This document shows, one piece after another, positions 36,232 to 49,639 of a stretch of DNA of 64,000 nucleotides; position 1 is the first letter of the stretch; every line of letters starts with the position of its first letter. Position numbers and translations under genes: made by a program. The DNA is taken from positions 24,552,001-24,616,000 of the forward strand of contig OZ024741.1 of the NCBI GenBank assembly GCA_964016885.1. The letters are read 5' to 3'. Below the pieces are notes generated by a model that searched no databases, was not told where the DNA came from, and saw nothing but the letters and a program-made list of their open reading frames with translations. The DNA comes from Eledone cirrhosa (taxonomy: Eukaryota).

Positions 36232-37979
36232 AGTAGTGGTGGTAGATGCTGGACTGTCTGGTATTTACTTATGTCCTAATTTCTAAAACCCACATGCTTT
36301 TAAGGGTTGATAAAAGTACCAGCAGTGAAGTACTGGAATTGATTCAGTAGACTCCACCTCTTCCCTGTGGCCTTTAGCCAATGTAAGGAATCAACATTAT
36401 TATGGATACATGCCAGACTTGTTCACTCTTCTCTTGGCAGATGTCTATCTCAACTGGTAACAGACTGGGAACATTCCCAATTGTATTAGCTGGGGGGTTG
36501 TGGAGATGCTGGTGAAGGAAGAGAATAAGGGAGACCATCTTTGACAGTTTGTGGTTTATAACTCTGCTGGATGCATAGGTACCCCCAAAGAGTCTGACAC
36601 TTGTTGTCAATAGTATGATCTGATACTGTAGACCTACATAATCCCTGTCAAAACTATTCCTAGCAACTTTCACCTCATATGATACATTGTTACATTATAA
36701 AAAGAGTGGGTAATAAACCTGGTTTTGATGAGGCTCTGATTTGATGGGATTGAATAAGGAACTTTTTAACTCCACAACTTTGCCTCTGTCTGTCCTACAG
36801 ATGTGGCAGTTTATAAACTATTCTACTTGTAAGGTGTTTTTGATTCATTTTTATTTACACTGTCATATCAAAGATTTGATGTTTGGATTGATTTATGCCA
36901 CAATCCTAGCAATAGCATCTGTTATTTCTTTGATGTGAAACTTCCTTTAATTGGAGTTAAGGGTCTCTTGGTATAAAAACAGGGTTGTTAAGTTATCATT
37001 GAGATACCACAATCTGAAGATAACATTACAAGTGTGAAATGTCAACAGTCTCTGTCAACTAACCATCTTTGATATACATAGTATTGAGTTATAGGATAAG
37101 AAGACTAAAGTCTTAATGGGTTTTTCCCTCTATGTGAAAGGTAGATTGTTTGATACTTGTGTGTGCCAACAGCAATGCAGCATGGGAATGAGACTTGGGC
37201 AATAGGTGCAGAGGACCTACAAAGACCAGAAAGTAATGAGACATGGATGTATAATAGTAGTGTAGATGAATGACAAAGTATAAATGAGCTTAAAGAGAAA
37301 TCAACCATTCCAAAACAACATATGAATTAGACATTTTCACCATGCCTGGCATTGTCATCACTAGTGCAAAAACCAAACTTGCTGTCTTCAATTCAGTATT
37401 CGTTCCAACAATTACCTAAGGCAATGAATCTTGGGTAATGATCAAAAGAATACAATTGCAAATACAAACAGCCGAAATGAGGTTCCTCCGAAAGGTCTTT
37501 GAAGTAACGTTACTTGATAGTGTTCGTAGCTCGTAGAGTCACTACTTCTCCAAATTAAGAGCTCTGATACTATGGGCATGTTGTTAGAATGTCTCAGGAA
37601 AGAATCGCTGGACAGACTTTACAGGGAAAACCAACTGGCAGGAGACCCAGGGGTAGGCCCCAAGCAAAATAGTTGGATAACATCCATGAGTTTGGCTGGT
37701 CCCGCATGGGGATCCAGCCGGATCAGTTGGAGACAGTTGCTTCTGACAGGACCTGCTGGAATGTATGTTTGAGTACTTTGCCTCCATAACCCTCCCAAGA
37801 ATAAGCAGGCGAAGAAAAAAGGAAATATTGAAAATAATTCTGAGCATGTTTCAGTCATATTGTGAATTTATCAGCAAAGCATAGACAACTGTTCTTACGA
37901 AAGTAATGATGGAAGAAATCACTAAGTATATATTTACATGTAGATGCAATAGTTAGTGTAGAAGTTTAGAATTGTTTAA

Positions 37980-38418
37980 CCCTTTCATGACTCCATTTCT
38001 AATGAAATAAACTTTTAATTAATCAATGAAGAATTTTGAGGGATTTACTAATGTTATTATTTATTTCATTAGTGGAAGGGCGGTGGATTGGCAGTATCGG
38101 TAGAGGGTCGCACACCATGCTTTGCAGCATAGAGTTACGGTCCTTTATTGTCGTTCAAATCCCGCCGAGGTTAACTTTGCCTTCATCCTTATGGGGTCGA
38201 TAAAATAAAGTACCAGTAATGTACTGGGGTCGATTTAATCGACCCCCACCCAACCCCAATTACTGACCTTGTGCCTATACTAGAAATCATTATTTATTTC
38301 ATTACTAAAATGTAAGATTCTTATATAAAATTATGTTGGAAGATTTTAATTTAAATGGGAAACCTTTAAAATGGGTGGTTTTATTTCATAGAACCAGAGC
38401 TGGTTTGTAACAAAGGGG
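37980..38418. mobile_element. piggyBac-type MITE interrupted by a full-length SINE
   Basis: TTAA|CCCTTT...AAAGGGG|TTAA termini. Confidence 0.5.
38078..38295 (+). mobile_element. Full-length tRNA-derived SINE (other copies at about 14975, 17165, 21105, 35150, 53550, 54130, 57390, 57605, 61480, 62845, 63315, 63495)
   Basis: TGGCAGTATCGG (A box), GTTCAAATCC (B box), central gccttcatccttatggggtcgataaaataaagtaccag (resembles the Meta-SINE domain), (ATT)n tail. Confidence 0.8.
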
Positions 38419-38728
38419 TTAAAGGATAAATATTTAAACATGTAGTGTGTAATGGTGGTTTGTTTTTTATATTTACTTCTGATGAGAAATACCTCTGTTT
38501 TCTATTGTAGGAATTGCCATGAAGTTGAATTGCTGTTTGAAGATGTAATCTGGAATAATGGTAAATTACTGAAGCAGCAACACTAGGATGTAGATTGGTA
38601 ACTCCCATTTAACTGAAGTGGCCTGTACCTCATCTTTCAGGAGTAACTGGTGTCGGCATTTGGTTATTTTATGCATTTCAGTTAGCCAGCATAATTTCAA
38701 CCAGAATATCATCAGCAATCTTCCAAAG

Positions 38729-40645
38729 ATGGAGTACAACAGTGATATGTCTAACGAAGAGTTTACTGAAAACTGTCGGTCTAGCAATCAAGAAGGAAGT
38801 CCATTGGGGGTGAAAATGTTTCCTGATATATCTAACGACTCATTTCTTGAAAACAGTCAGTCTGCCAATCACAAGGATAGTTTGTCAAGTGAGAAATCTG
38901 ATAGTGAAGTGTCCGATATGACCTTCCTTGAGGAGAGTAAGTCCAGCAACTACAATCAAGCTGGTTCAAATGAGAAAACATCTGATAGTGATACATCAGA
39001 GAAGGCATTTACAGAGAAGAGTGGCTTGAGCAGTCAGAAAGAGTCTACTCAGTCTGAGGAGGAGGAAAGATTCAATAGTGAAGTCACTGGGGAGGTGGTA
39101 TTTCCTGGAGACAGCAGTTTGTTGATGAACAACAAACAGACCAAGTTGGATAAGGGAACATCTGAAAGTGAGATATCTCGAAAGCCATTCCCTGAGAACA
39201 GCTCGTTGACCAATAGCAAAGAGATCCTCTTGTCTGGGAAGACATTTGATGCAGAGTTTGTTGCTAAGACTCTACTTGAGACCAGCAAGTTACCCCCCTA
39301 CAAAAAACCAGCTCCCTTGACAGAGAAAGCATTCTACTGTGACTTTTGTGGAAAATCTTTCTCCCAGAATTGTAAACTGACTCGACACAAGCGAATTCAT
39401 ACGGGAGAGAAACCATTTCATTGTGAATTTTGTGGTAAAGCATTTTCACGGAACTGCCATCTGTCTGACCACAGAAGAGCACACACCGGAGAAAAGCCGC
39501 ACTTATGTGAGGTTTGTGGTAAAGCATTCTTACGACCATGTGATTTATCCCTTCATGTACGTACTCATACTGGAGAAAAACCCTACGAATGTGACATTTG
39601 TGGGAAAAAATTCTCATTTAAGAGTACTTTCCAATGTCACAAACTAACTCATGCAAAAGTGAAACCGTTTTGTGACATTTGCGGCAAAATATTCTCCCTC
39701 AAACGTAATTTAATGCGTCACAGATATATCCACTTCAGGGAAGGAACATTTGAATGTGATATATGTAGTAATATTTTCTCAGATGAAGCCTCATTACTTC
39801 AACATAAAGTCGTTCATGATGATGGCAAGGAATTAGCCCTCGGTGTGTTAGCTAAATCATTCTCTGAAAATAAAACATTTTCTAAAGACTGTGATGTTCC
39901 TCTTAAAGAAGATAATTCTACAGAAAGGTCATCATTCCACTGCAAAACATGTGAGAAAGATTTCTCTGACAAGATAGCTTTTATAGAACACAAAGATAGC
40001 CTATGTAATGCAAAACCCTTCAGTTGTGACATATGTGCAAGATCATTTGATAGCAATAGTAAATTAGAGGCCCACAAGGAAAAGCACTCAGGAAACAGGC
40101 CCTTCCATTGCGAGATATGTAACAGGGCATTCTCTGACATAACTTATTTAGAACGCCATAAAATTAACCATGCCGAAAAGAAACCATTTCCCTGTGAAAT
40201 TTGCGGTCGATCTTTCTCTCAGAGTCACGTCCTAGTTTCTCACAGACGTACTCACACTGGTGAAAAACCATACCAGTGTGAAGTTTGTGGTAAGAACTTC
40301 TCTCGGAAAGACTATCTGTCTTGCCACCGACGGGTACACACCGGTGAGAAGCCATATGTATGCGAAATTTGTGGTAAAGCTTTCACCCGTAATGATTATT
40401 TATCAATTCACCGACGTTCACATGCCGAGGAGAAAGCTTTCCCTTGTGAAATCTGTGGTGTCGAGTTCTTTCAATATAACCAGCTGGTTGAACACAGACA
40501 GCTTCACATTGAAGCAACTACTGACCAATTTCAGTTGGACACCAGTGAAGCAGTCCCAGAAAACGATACTTTACCTCCCACACATTCCGAGAACCGCGTC
40601 ATCGAACCCATCAAATTTGATATCGATTATAACATATTTTTTTAG
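38729..40645 (+). CDS. C2H2 (Krueppel-type) zinc-finger protein, 638 aa, 13 fingers in two arrays (6+7), Ser/Glu-rich N-terminus
   Basis: Uninterrupted ORF with CxxC-x12-HxxxH repeats and TGEKP linkers. First in-frame ATG at 38729 (MEYNSD); candidate splice acceptor tctattgtag at 38510. Confidence 0.93.
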   Translation: MEYNSDMSNEEFTENCRSSNQEGSPLGVKMFPDISNDSFLENSQSANHKDSLSSEKSDSEVSDMTFLEESKSSNYNQAGSNEKTSDSDTSEKAFTEKSGLSSQKESTQSEEEERFNSEVTGEVVFPGDSSLLMNNKQTKLDKGTSESEISRKPFPENSSLTNSKEILLSGKTFDAEFVAKTLLETSKLPPYKKPAPLTEKAFYCDFCGKSFSQNCKLTRHKRIHTGEKPFHCEFCGKAFSRNCHLSDHRRAHTGEKPHLCEVCGKAFLRPCDLSLHVRTHTGEKPYECDICGKKFSFKSTFQCHKLTHAKVKPFCDICGKIFSLKRNLMRHRYIHFREGTFECDICSNIFSDEASLLQHKVVHDDGKELALGVLAKSFSENKTFSKDCDVPLKEDNSTERSSFHCKTCEKDFSDKIAFIEHKDSLCNAKPFSCDICARSFDSNSKLEAHKEKHSGNRPFHCEICNRAFSDITYLERHKINHAEKKPFPCEICGRSFSQSHVLVSHRRTHTGEKPYQCEVCGKNFSRKDYLSCHRRVHTGEKPYVCEICGKAFTRNDYLSIHRRSHAEEKAFPCEICGVEFFQYNQLVEHRQLHIEATTDQFQLDTSEAVPENDTLPPTHSENRVIEPIKFDIDYNIFF

Positions 40646-40894
40646 AGTCGATTTCTGTAGCACCATTACTGAGAAAACTAAACTATAATGACGTTGGCTT
40701 CCAGGGAGTACCATTCTAGAAGTACCAATTTCAAACTAGACATCCCTTGAGTTCTCAATTGATTCACTCATCTTTCTCAAGCATCTCAGCTGATTTAAAC
40801 CGACCCTGTCTTTTTTTTTTTTTTTTACTTTATCCAACATCCTTTTTCTCTATGCCATGCAACATCCTTGACACTCTATGGAGGTGTAACAATG

Positions 40895-41500
40895 TCTGTC
40901 TACCTGGAGATATGACAGCGTCCATTTATGAACAATGTCTCCTTGGAGATGTAACAGTATTTCCCTACCTGGAGATGTGACAATATCTAGCTACTCATAG
41001 ATGTGACAGTATTTCTCTACCTGGAGATGTGACAGCATCTACATACATAGAGATATTACTATATCTAGATGGAGGTATTACAGCATCTACATGAAGGTAT
41101 TACAGCATCTACATGAAGATATTTCTATATCTACATGGTGATATTACTATATTTATCTACATGATGATATAACAGCATCTACATGAAGATATTTCAATAT
41201 CTACATGGTGATATTACTGTATCTACCTACATGGTGATATTACTATATCTACCTACATGGTGATATTACTGTATCTACATGGTGATATTACTGTATATAT
41301 CTACATGGTGGTATTACTGTATCTACATGGTGATATACTATATCTACATGATGATATTACTGTATATATCTACATGGTGATATTACTGTATATATCTACA
41401 TGGTGATATTACTATATCTACATGGTGATATAACTATACGTATATGGTGATATTACAATATCTACATGATGATATATCTGTATATGCCTACATGGTCATG
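40895..41500. repeat. Degenerate 22-26 bp tandem repeat downstream of the ZNF stop
   Basis: Unit tatctacatggtgatattact. Confidence 0.85.
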
Positions 41501-42070
41501 TGGCAATATCCATTATATTTGCTGTTCACATGAAAATCCTTAAAAAATATGTAACATTTCTGGAATGGAAGCTGACACTGAGAAAAGCATCTTTAATGTG
41601 GCTCTGAGAGGGCTGAAAAGATGAACACAGCATTAACTATGGAGCATCTACTAATATTTGATGTTGGTTCCAGGGGCCATGGTTCTGGTCACTGTTCAAG
41701 GTTGAGAGAAATAAAGAAGAACATTATACAAGGATGAGCAATAGAGAATTTGGGTAATGTAGAGGGGATATTTACTCTAGAGACTGTGCCATTTGCATTT
41801 TCATTGCATCTCTTTAGTGAAGAAAAGCTGAATTGCTTGGGAAAGGCTTCATTGAGCATAACTACGACCACATGACCTCCTTCAACAAGTTTTTTTTTTA
41901 ACTTCTGAAAAAAAAAAGTTTTCACTTTGCAGCCTTTCTTACATTTGTATGTGCGTGTTTGTTGTACAACAATAATCATATATATATATATATATACACA
42001 CACATATATGTGTATATATGTATATATATATATACATATACACACGTATATGTATATATATATACATATG

Positions 42071-42157
<87 letters not shown>

Positions 42158-43629
42158 TATATATACACATGTGTATATATATACATATACACACATGTGT
42201 GTATATATATATATATATAGGAAGTGAGAGAGTAAACTGTAGTAGTAGTAGTGATAGAAGTAATGATAGAAAGACTGATAATAACTGGACAGTATTTAAA
42301 TGTATTGAATGTGGAAAAAAAAAAACCAAAAAAAAACAAAAGTTCTTTTGTTGTTTTTGCATTTTTATCTTTGTTTCTGGAACAAAATGGTATTTTTCTT
42401 CCTCGTGTGCTACCTTTATTGGGATGTTGATAAAGTAGCTTGCATACCTCCATCTACAACTCTATTACACACCATTTCATTTTTAAGTTTGATCTTTGTC
42501 TCTTCCTGAAGTCCCGAGAGGATAGAGTAAGCACCATACCACACAACCAACAATTCATTAATCCATTGCCAGGTTTAATACCACTGCCACTTGGCACTTT
42601 ATTTTACTTCCAATATTTTTGTTTTTGTATCTATTTTTACACCCATCTTCTTCACTTCAATGAGTCTACTTTCTCTGTGAAGGCTGTCCAGGTCTCTGTG
42701 AAGGCTGTCCAGGCCTCTGTGAAGGTTGTCCAAGTCTCTGAAGGCTGTCCAGGTCTTTGTGAAGACTGTCCGGGTCTTTGTAAAGGTTGTTCAGGTCTCT
42801 CTATTTTGAGTTCAAATTCCACTGAGGTCCACTTTACCTTTCATTCTTTTAGGGTCGATAAAGAAAGTGCCAGCCCAATGTTGGTGCAGATTGCTTTCCT
42901 TCCAACTGTCACCCTAGATCAAGGGAAGTAGAGACAAGATTGGGTTCTTGTTTGCCTTGTGACAGCATGGTACATACCACCAAGTCATACACAATTGCAA
43001 GTGATGGCTGTAGTTTAATTTTACTTCCTCTGTAACAAGATATTTTCAAATATGTTCCTGTGTTCTACTCAGTGTATTTTATCATTCTGGTGCCACAATA
43101 ATATGTACTTAATAGAGTGTGGGAATGTATGAGTAAGATAAAGGCTTGCGGCCCATCTCAGAAGTCCAGTAACTCCACTTCAGTATGTGAAGACCTATCC
43201 AATCCTTGCTAGCAGAGAAGACCAACTTTAAATGATGATGATGACGATATACTTTTCTCAGGCCATCACCATAAATATAGTCATCATCCCAAACCTTTTC
43301 ACTATCACTGCCATAACCTGCTGAAGGTGACAATGTCCTAGATACACAGATTTGATGATCACACCTGAAATACCTTTTATCTTAGAATGTCTTTGTAGTC
43401 TGTTTGTGAGTGAGTCTTTATCAGTCAGTCATAGCATTCCTTTGGATGTGGTGTAAGGTATATGTAACAGCAGGGCCAACCTATAAATATGGATGTAGTA
43501 TCCTATTGTGGATCTTTCTTGAGCTTTATAGGTGAAGGTGTGTGGTTTTGTAGTTAGGGTGTTTGGCTCACAATCATATGGTTGTGAGTTTGATTCCCAG
43601 CAACATGTCTCTCTGAGCAAGATATTTTA

Positions 43630-44170
43630 TTTGACCAATGTGTTCTGTAAAGATCAACTTGACTAATTTAGTGTCTTTTGTAAAGTTAAAGTTGTGAAGT
43701 AAAGATCAATTTCACCAGTTCATTGTGTTCTGTAAAGACCAACTTGATCAGTCCATTTCTGTAAAGATCAACTTCATCAGTACAGTGTGCTCTGTAAAGA
43801 TCAACTTCATCAGTCCAGTTCTTCCATAAAGATCAACTAATCAGTCGAGTATGTTCTGTAAAGATCAACTGATCAATCCAGTGTGTTTTGTGAAGATCAA
43901 CTTGATCAGTCCAGTCTGTTTTGTAAAGATCAACTGATAAATCCAGTGTGTTATGTAAAGATCAACTGACCAGTCGAGTGTGTTCTGTAAAGATCAACTG
44001 ATCAATCCAGTGTTTTGTAAAGATCAACTTGATCAGTCCAGTGTGTTATGTAGTAAAGATCAATTTAACCAATCCAGTGTATTTTATAAAGACCAAATCA
44101 TCTAGTTCCGTGTGTTCTGTAAAGATTAATCTAGCCAGTGCTGTGTTCTATTTCAATATCAACTTGACCA
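43630..44170. repeat. Degenerate about 32-bp minisatellite
   Basis: Unit gtgtgttctgtaaagatcaacttgatcagtcca. Confidence 0.8.
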
Positions 44171-44739
44171 GTATCACATTATGTCCAATTTGGATTCTTT
44201 TATAGGGTCATCTTAACCCAGTTTGATTCATTTCACTGAAATTTACCTCAACTAGTTTACATGTTAACATCATCTAAACCAGTTAATACATTTCACTCTA
44301 AGATTAACTTGACCAGTGTGTTCTTCAGTGCACTTAATTTGACCAAACAGTTTGTGTCATTCTGTAAAGCCTCATCAACTACTTTGATAAGTTTATTTGA
44401 CTTGTTAATGTTCTGTAAAATATTTTTGACCTGTTTGTTGTCAAATATTTACTCAGCTGTCTGATGAAGCTGCTTATCATTCCAGGTCAAATTGATTAAA
44501 ATTCTTGTTGCCAAGTGACTTTCCCCACACACCAATTATAACTCAATCTTTCTTGCAGATTTGCATTTTATGATGTGGTCATATGATCTGTCTGACTTCA
44601 GTACAGGACAACATGGAAAACAATCATTAAATGATCATTATGATGCATAAATACTACATCATGATCTTCGTTTAACGTCCATCTTCCACGCTAGCATGGG
44701 TTAGACTGCATATGTATATATATATATATATATATAAAG

Positions 44740-45921
44740 AAGAAATTCCAAACTTGGAAGCAGGGACTAGAAAGAAAGGGTCTCAAAGTCAACATGACAA
44801 AGACTAAGGTCCTTGTAAGTAGACGAGAAAACAGAACCCAGATCCCCTTTAGGGAAATGGCCTTGCTCAGTATGTAGGAAAGGTGTAGGTAGGAACTCCA
44901 TTCTCTGCCCCAAATGCAAACAATGGGTACACAAGAGATGTAGCGGGATCTCAGGAAGCTTAATTAAGAATGTAGGCTTCACATGTAGCAGCTGTGCTGG
45001 GACAGGAAACAAGTACCACCAATCTCTGTAGAAACAGTAGACAGCTTCTGCTACCTAGGTGACAGAATTAGCAGTGGAGGTGGGTGTTCAGAAAGTACAA
45101 TAACTAGGGTAAGAACGGGATGGAAGAAGTTCAGGGAACTACTGCCACTGCTAGCTGCAAAAGGCTTCTCCCTCAAAATGAAAGGCAGACTGTATGATGC
45201 GTGTATCCGAACAGCAATGTTACATGGTAGTGAGACTTGGGCGCTGAAGGTGGAAGACTTACGTAGATTAGAAAAAACGAAGCCTGCATGCTCCGATGGA
45301 TGTGTAATAGTAATATACGCGAACGACAAAGCATAAATGAATTGAAAGAGAGACTGAGCATAAGAGGAATCAAATGCTGTGTGCAGGAGAGGCGGTTGCG
45401 TTGGTATGGACGTGATGCGTATGAAGGATGACAGCTGCATAAAAAGGTGCAGAGCACTAGAAGTCAATGGAAACCGCGGAGTGGGGAGACCCAAGAAGAC
45501 CTGGGATGAGGTGATAAAAGCCGACCTTACCCAATTACACCTCTCAAAGGCGATGACACACGACCATGACCTCTGGCGTCACGCAGTAATACAGAGTACC
45601 CGACCTCCCATGGGTACAAGCTGAAGCTTATAGACAATATGCCCCCACACCCTCCCACTGCAAGGTGGTCGTGGAGGTGCCACGGCAAAAAAGCACCCAG
45701 CTCACACTGTAAAGTGGACATGTAGGCGCCATGGAAAAAGCACCTAGCACTCACTGTAAATGAGGTTGGTGTTGGGAAGGGCATCCAGCTGTAGAAATGA
45801 AGCCAAATCAGTTCCTGTATGAGCAAGGCATGGTCAGCCGACCAGGCACTGCCCACAACAGGACAACCCGTCTAACCCATGCTAGCGTGGAGGAACGGAC
45901 GTAAAACGGTGATGATGATGA
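44740..45921 (+). mobile_element. 5'-truncated RTE LINE with 3'UTR and (GAT)n tail
   Basis: ETVDSFCYLGD, MLHGSETW, GRPKKTW motifs with frameshifts. Confidence 0.85.
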
Positions 45922-45939
45922 TTATATATATATAATCCG

Positions 45940-47071
45940 AAAGCACAGTAACCAGAGTGAGATCGGGTTGGAGAAAATTCAGGGAGCTACTACTGTTACT
46001 AACTACAAAAGGTTTTTCTCTGAAAATGAAAGGCAGACTGTATGATGCATGTATACAATAATAATGAAATTATTGTGTACAGTACTCAGGTGCACTACAA
46101 CTCATCAAAGGTGCATGTATAGTACATAGAATAATATACAAATAGTGTATTAGTCATGATATATATGTGTGCGTGTGTATGGAGGGGGAATATTAGGTGT
46201 AGTGTTTGCGAATCTCAAGAAGCATGGAGGTTTTAAAGGATGCAGTGTCTACAACAATGTTGCATGGCAGCGAGACCTGGGCACTGTGTGCGGAGGACCT
46301 GCGAAGATTGGAAAGAAATGAAGCCTCCATGCTTCGCTGGATGTGCAATAGCAATATACGTGAGCGGCAAAGTATAAATACACTGTGTGAAATTAGGCTT
46401 AAGAGGGATCAGTTGTTGCATTGGTATGGACATGTGATGTGTATGAAGGATGACAGCTGTATAATAAAGTGCAGAACACTCAAAAGTCGATGGTAGCCGT
46501 GGTGTGGGTAGGCCTAGGAAGACTTGGGATGAGGTAATAAAAGTTGACCTTGCATAATTACACCTTTCAAAGGCAATGACCTCTGGCGCTATGCAGTTTT
46601 ATGGACGACCCGCTGTCTATTGTTCTCGCGATGAGGCTTATACCTAGTAGGCAACACCGTCCTCAACCTTCTATCCCCTCTCATTCACCTCCCTTAGTAG
46701 TAACCTACTAACTTGTCCATATTTTTTTTCTTCCAAGCCCCTCCACCCTCCCTAGTCCCAAAACAAATGTGCCCAGCTCCCACTGTGTTGTGTTGGTGAC
46801 AACAAAGATACCCAGTCCACACTGTAAAGTGATCATGTAGGTGTCATGACAAAAAGCATCCAGCCCACACTGTAAAGTGGACGTGTAAAAGACAGCAAAA
46901 AGCACCCAGCACACACTGTCAATATGGTTTGCATTAGGAAGGGCATCCAGCCGTAGTAAACCAGCCAGAAACTCTCCTATACTAACGAGACAGTCACCTG
47001 ACCCAACTTGCCTCTAAATGGAACAAACCCATCTCGCCCATGCTAGAGTGGAAGATAACTGATGATGATGA
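45940..47071 (+). mobile_element. RTE LINE fragment interrupted by an antisense CR1 3' end (46057-46250)
   Basis: MLHGSETWALCAEDLRRLERNEASMLRWMC; 46057-46250 matches 26715-26925. Confidence 0.8.
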
Positions 47072-49078
47072 TATAATCATCATCATTATCATTTTAATGT
47101 CTGCTTTCCTTGCTAGAAAGGGTCTATAGACCAAGTCAGTATTGTATCGGTGCCACTGATCTCCCAGGGATCTGTGTCTCACTCTATATACAGTTGACAC
47201 TCCACTGAGTGCACAGGAGAGGTCATGTTTTTGACACAACTGACGGTGCTACTGAGCCTTTTATTTGACAACATTTCTATGACTGGATGCCCTTTTCTAT
47301 CACTAACCACTTTACAGCGTGTACTGGGTGTTTATTGTGTGGATCACCAACTCTAGGGAGACTGTCGTGTCCTTCATGTCTGAAGGTTCCTCACGACCCT
47401 TTGTCTGGCAAACTTTATATATAGGGCTTCTTTCTCAGAGTGAAGGGTAGACTATTTGCATGCAAACTGCACTGCTACATGGATCTTGTCCATAGAAGAC
47501 CTGCAAAGAAATGAAGCAGGTATGCTCCAATGGATATGTAATGTTAGTGTGCATGAACGACTTAGCATAAGAGGAATTGGATGTAATGTGCAAGAGAGAA
47601 GACTGATGGTATGGACATATAATGTATATGGAAGATAGCAGCTGCATAAAGAAATACAGAGAAATCCATGGAAGAGCAACCTTAAGAAACTAAGCCTCAC
47701 AACTGAGATGATGAAGACTCAGCCAGAAGCATACAATATGACCTGACCCATATATGGACCCCCACATTTCTGATCACCCATGCTCCCTCTGGAACCACTC
47801 CTTAACTACTAACACCCTTCTAAAGCCCATAGATACCCTCACTATTGCACCCTAGTAGCTACTCTCTATATTCCTTTTGCATCACCCCAACAACTACCCA
47901 CTACCCATCTCTCTGTTAGAGGTAGAGAAAGCAACTACCGAAGGATGACCTAATCACCATTGTCAGGTAACACAGAGTAACAACTCTTATTGGGGTTTCT
48001 CTCAAAGGTAAATCTGAAGAAATTGTGGAGTTGCTTGAAAGGAGATGAGCAGATGTGTTCTATATCCAAGTGAGATGGAGGGGTGCCTCAGCCTGACTCC
48101 ACACTGAGAGACAAATTGACTTTCCAGGGTAGATGGAGTACTGAGACATGGATAGATAGAATAATTAAGGTAGTCTGAGTAAATAACAGAATGATCAAAC
48201 TCAGTCATAGGCAATAGATTGACAACAATTATCTAAATATGGTCAAAGTAAAGAACAAAAGGACCATTTCTATGAAGACAGGAAACAAGTCAAATTGACT
48301 TTTTGTTAGAAAGCATGATAGCTGCTTATGAATACTAAGTCCTTTTCCTAGAGAAGAATGCACCACACAACAAGTTAATTATTAGTGACATCAGAATAAA
48401 CACAGGAAACGGGAAAGTTCAAATGTCCTGATGTTTAAAACTATAAAATCATTTATTAATATCCCTATCTAGTTAAGTGAGTGTACAGCTAACCTGGTTG
48501 ATTGCCCTACTGCCTCCGAACTCCATTTAGTACTGAGAGGCTTATAGATTTTATAAATGTATAAAACCAACTTCCCTTCAACCATGTTGGCATATTACAC
48601 TTCTGTACATATATATATATATAGGTATGATGTTGGGGAAGCTGAAGGTATGTATGAGTGTGGACTATGAGAATATGTCATCTGCTGCCCATATAAAGCC
48701 CGTTACCATTCTCTTAACTAGTGGCATATGCACACAGGTAGTAGCTTGTAGGTTGCTGCTGGGGTCCAGAGGGAAACAGAGACAAAGTTACAATATAATA
48801 GTGTGTAAAAATGTATGAGTGGCGAAGAAACACATTGCTGCTGCTGTTAGACATGACAGAGAGAAAAAGGAGTGTTAAGAGAACAAAACTACATCTAGTC
48901 AGGTAGTGGTGATGCCATACAGTGTGAAGTTGGACTTGGTCCACCCATTGTAAACACATCAACAAACTGGTGTTGCTTCCTTTTGTTATATCTGACAGGA
49001 TAATGAAGATGAGATTAACCCTGGATGGAAACCAAAGCATGACTGCTTTCAGTGCCTAATCTCCTACAATGGCAAATA

Positions 49079-49628
49079 TCTATATATCATATAGATGGTT
49101 GGTTGGTTGAATCACACAAAAACTACACACATCTAAAGAGAGAGATACAATTAAAGTGTTAGATAGTCTAGAAATGGCTTAAACTATAGGAAGGTTTAAC
49201 AATATTGCGTTAGCTTTCATAAAGTAGTTTTACAGTCTTTGATTTTACAGAACAATGAAAAATTGATACTATTTGAAATTAATCTACCCTCCAGCTTTTA
49301 ACCATATACTCCTTACAGACTGTACTAACGAAGCTAAACACATCAGAATCAATGTTATGCGGTATATTGCTATTTCAGATGGCATCCTTTGGAGCTGAAA
49401 AAGATCATACTGACTATGGTTATTTCACATTTAAAATCCAAAGCTGATGCTACAATTTAATCAGCAGTTTACCTAATAAGGAAGTTTTATGATTGTTTTT
49501 TTTTTTTTTTATGTCTCTCTCACACACGCACATATTACGGTCTCTCCTCATACTGTAAACCAGATAACACATAGAATAGTCGTTTTCTCTTAACTATTCT
49601 CCTGGGCAAAGCCGGGTACGTCAGCTAG
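49079..49628 (+). mobile_element. Non-autonomous Helitron
   Basis: A|TC 5' end, subterminal hairpin cctgggcaaagccggg, 3' CTAG|T; a second copy lies at 52549-53194. Confidence 0.75.
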
Positions 49629-49639
49629 TGCAGTATAAG

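Noticed and set aside
38078-38170. tRNA gene
   Set aside because: A/B boxes are present but there is no cloverleaf; it is the head of a multi-copy SINE.
38618-38728. N-terminal extension of the ZNF ORF from the track's start at 38618
   Set aside because: It starts at GTG; in a eukaryote the first ATG (38729) or an upstream spliced exon is more plausible.
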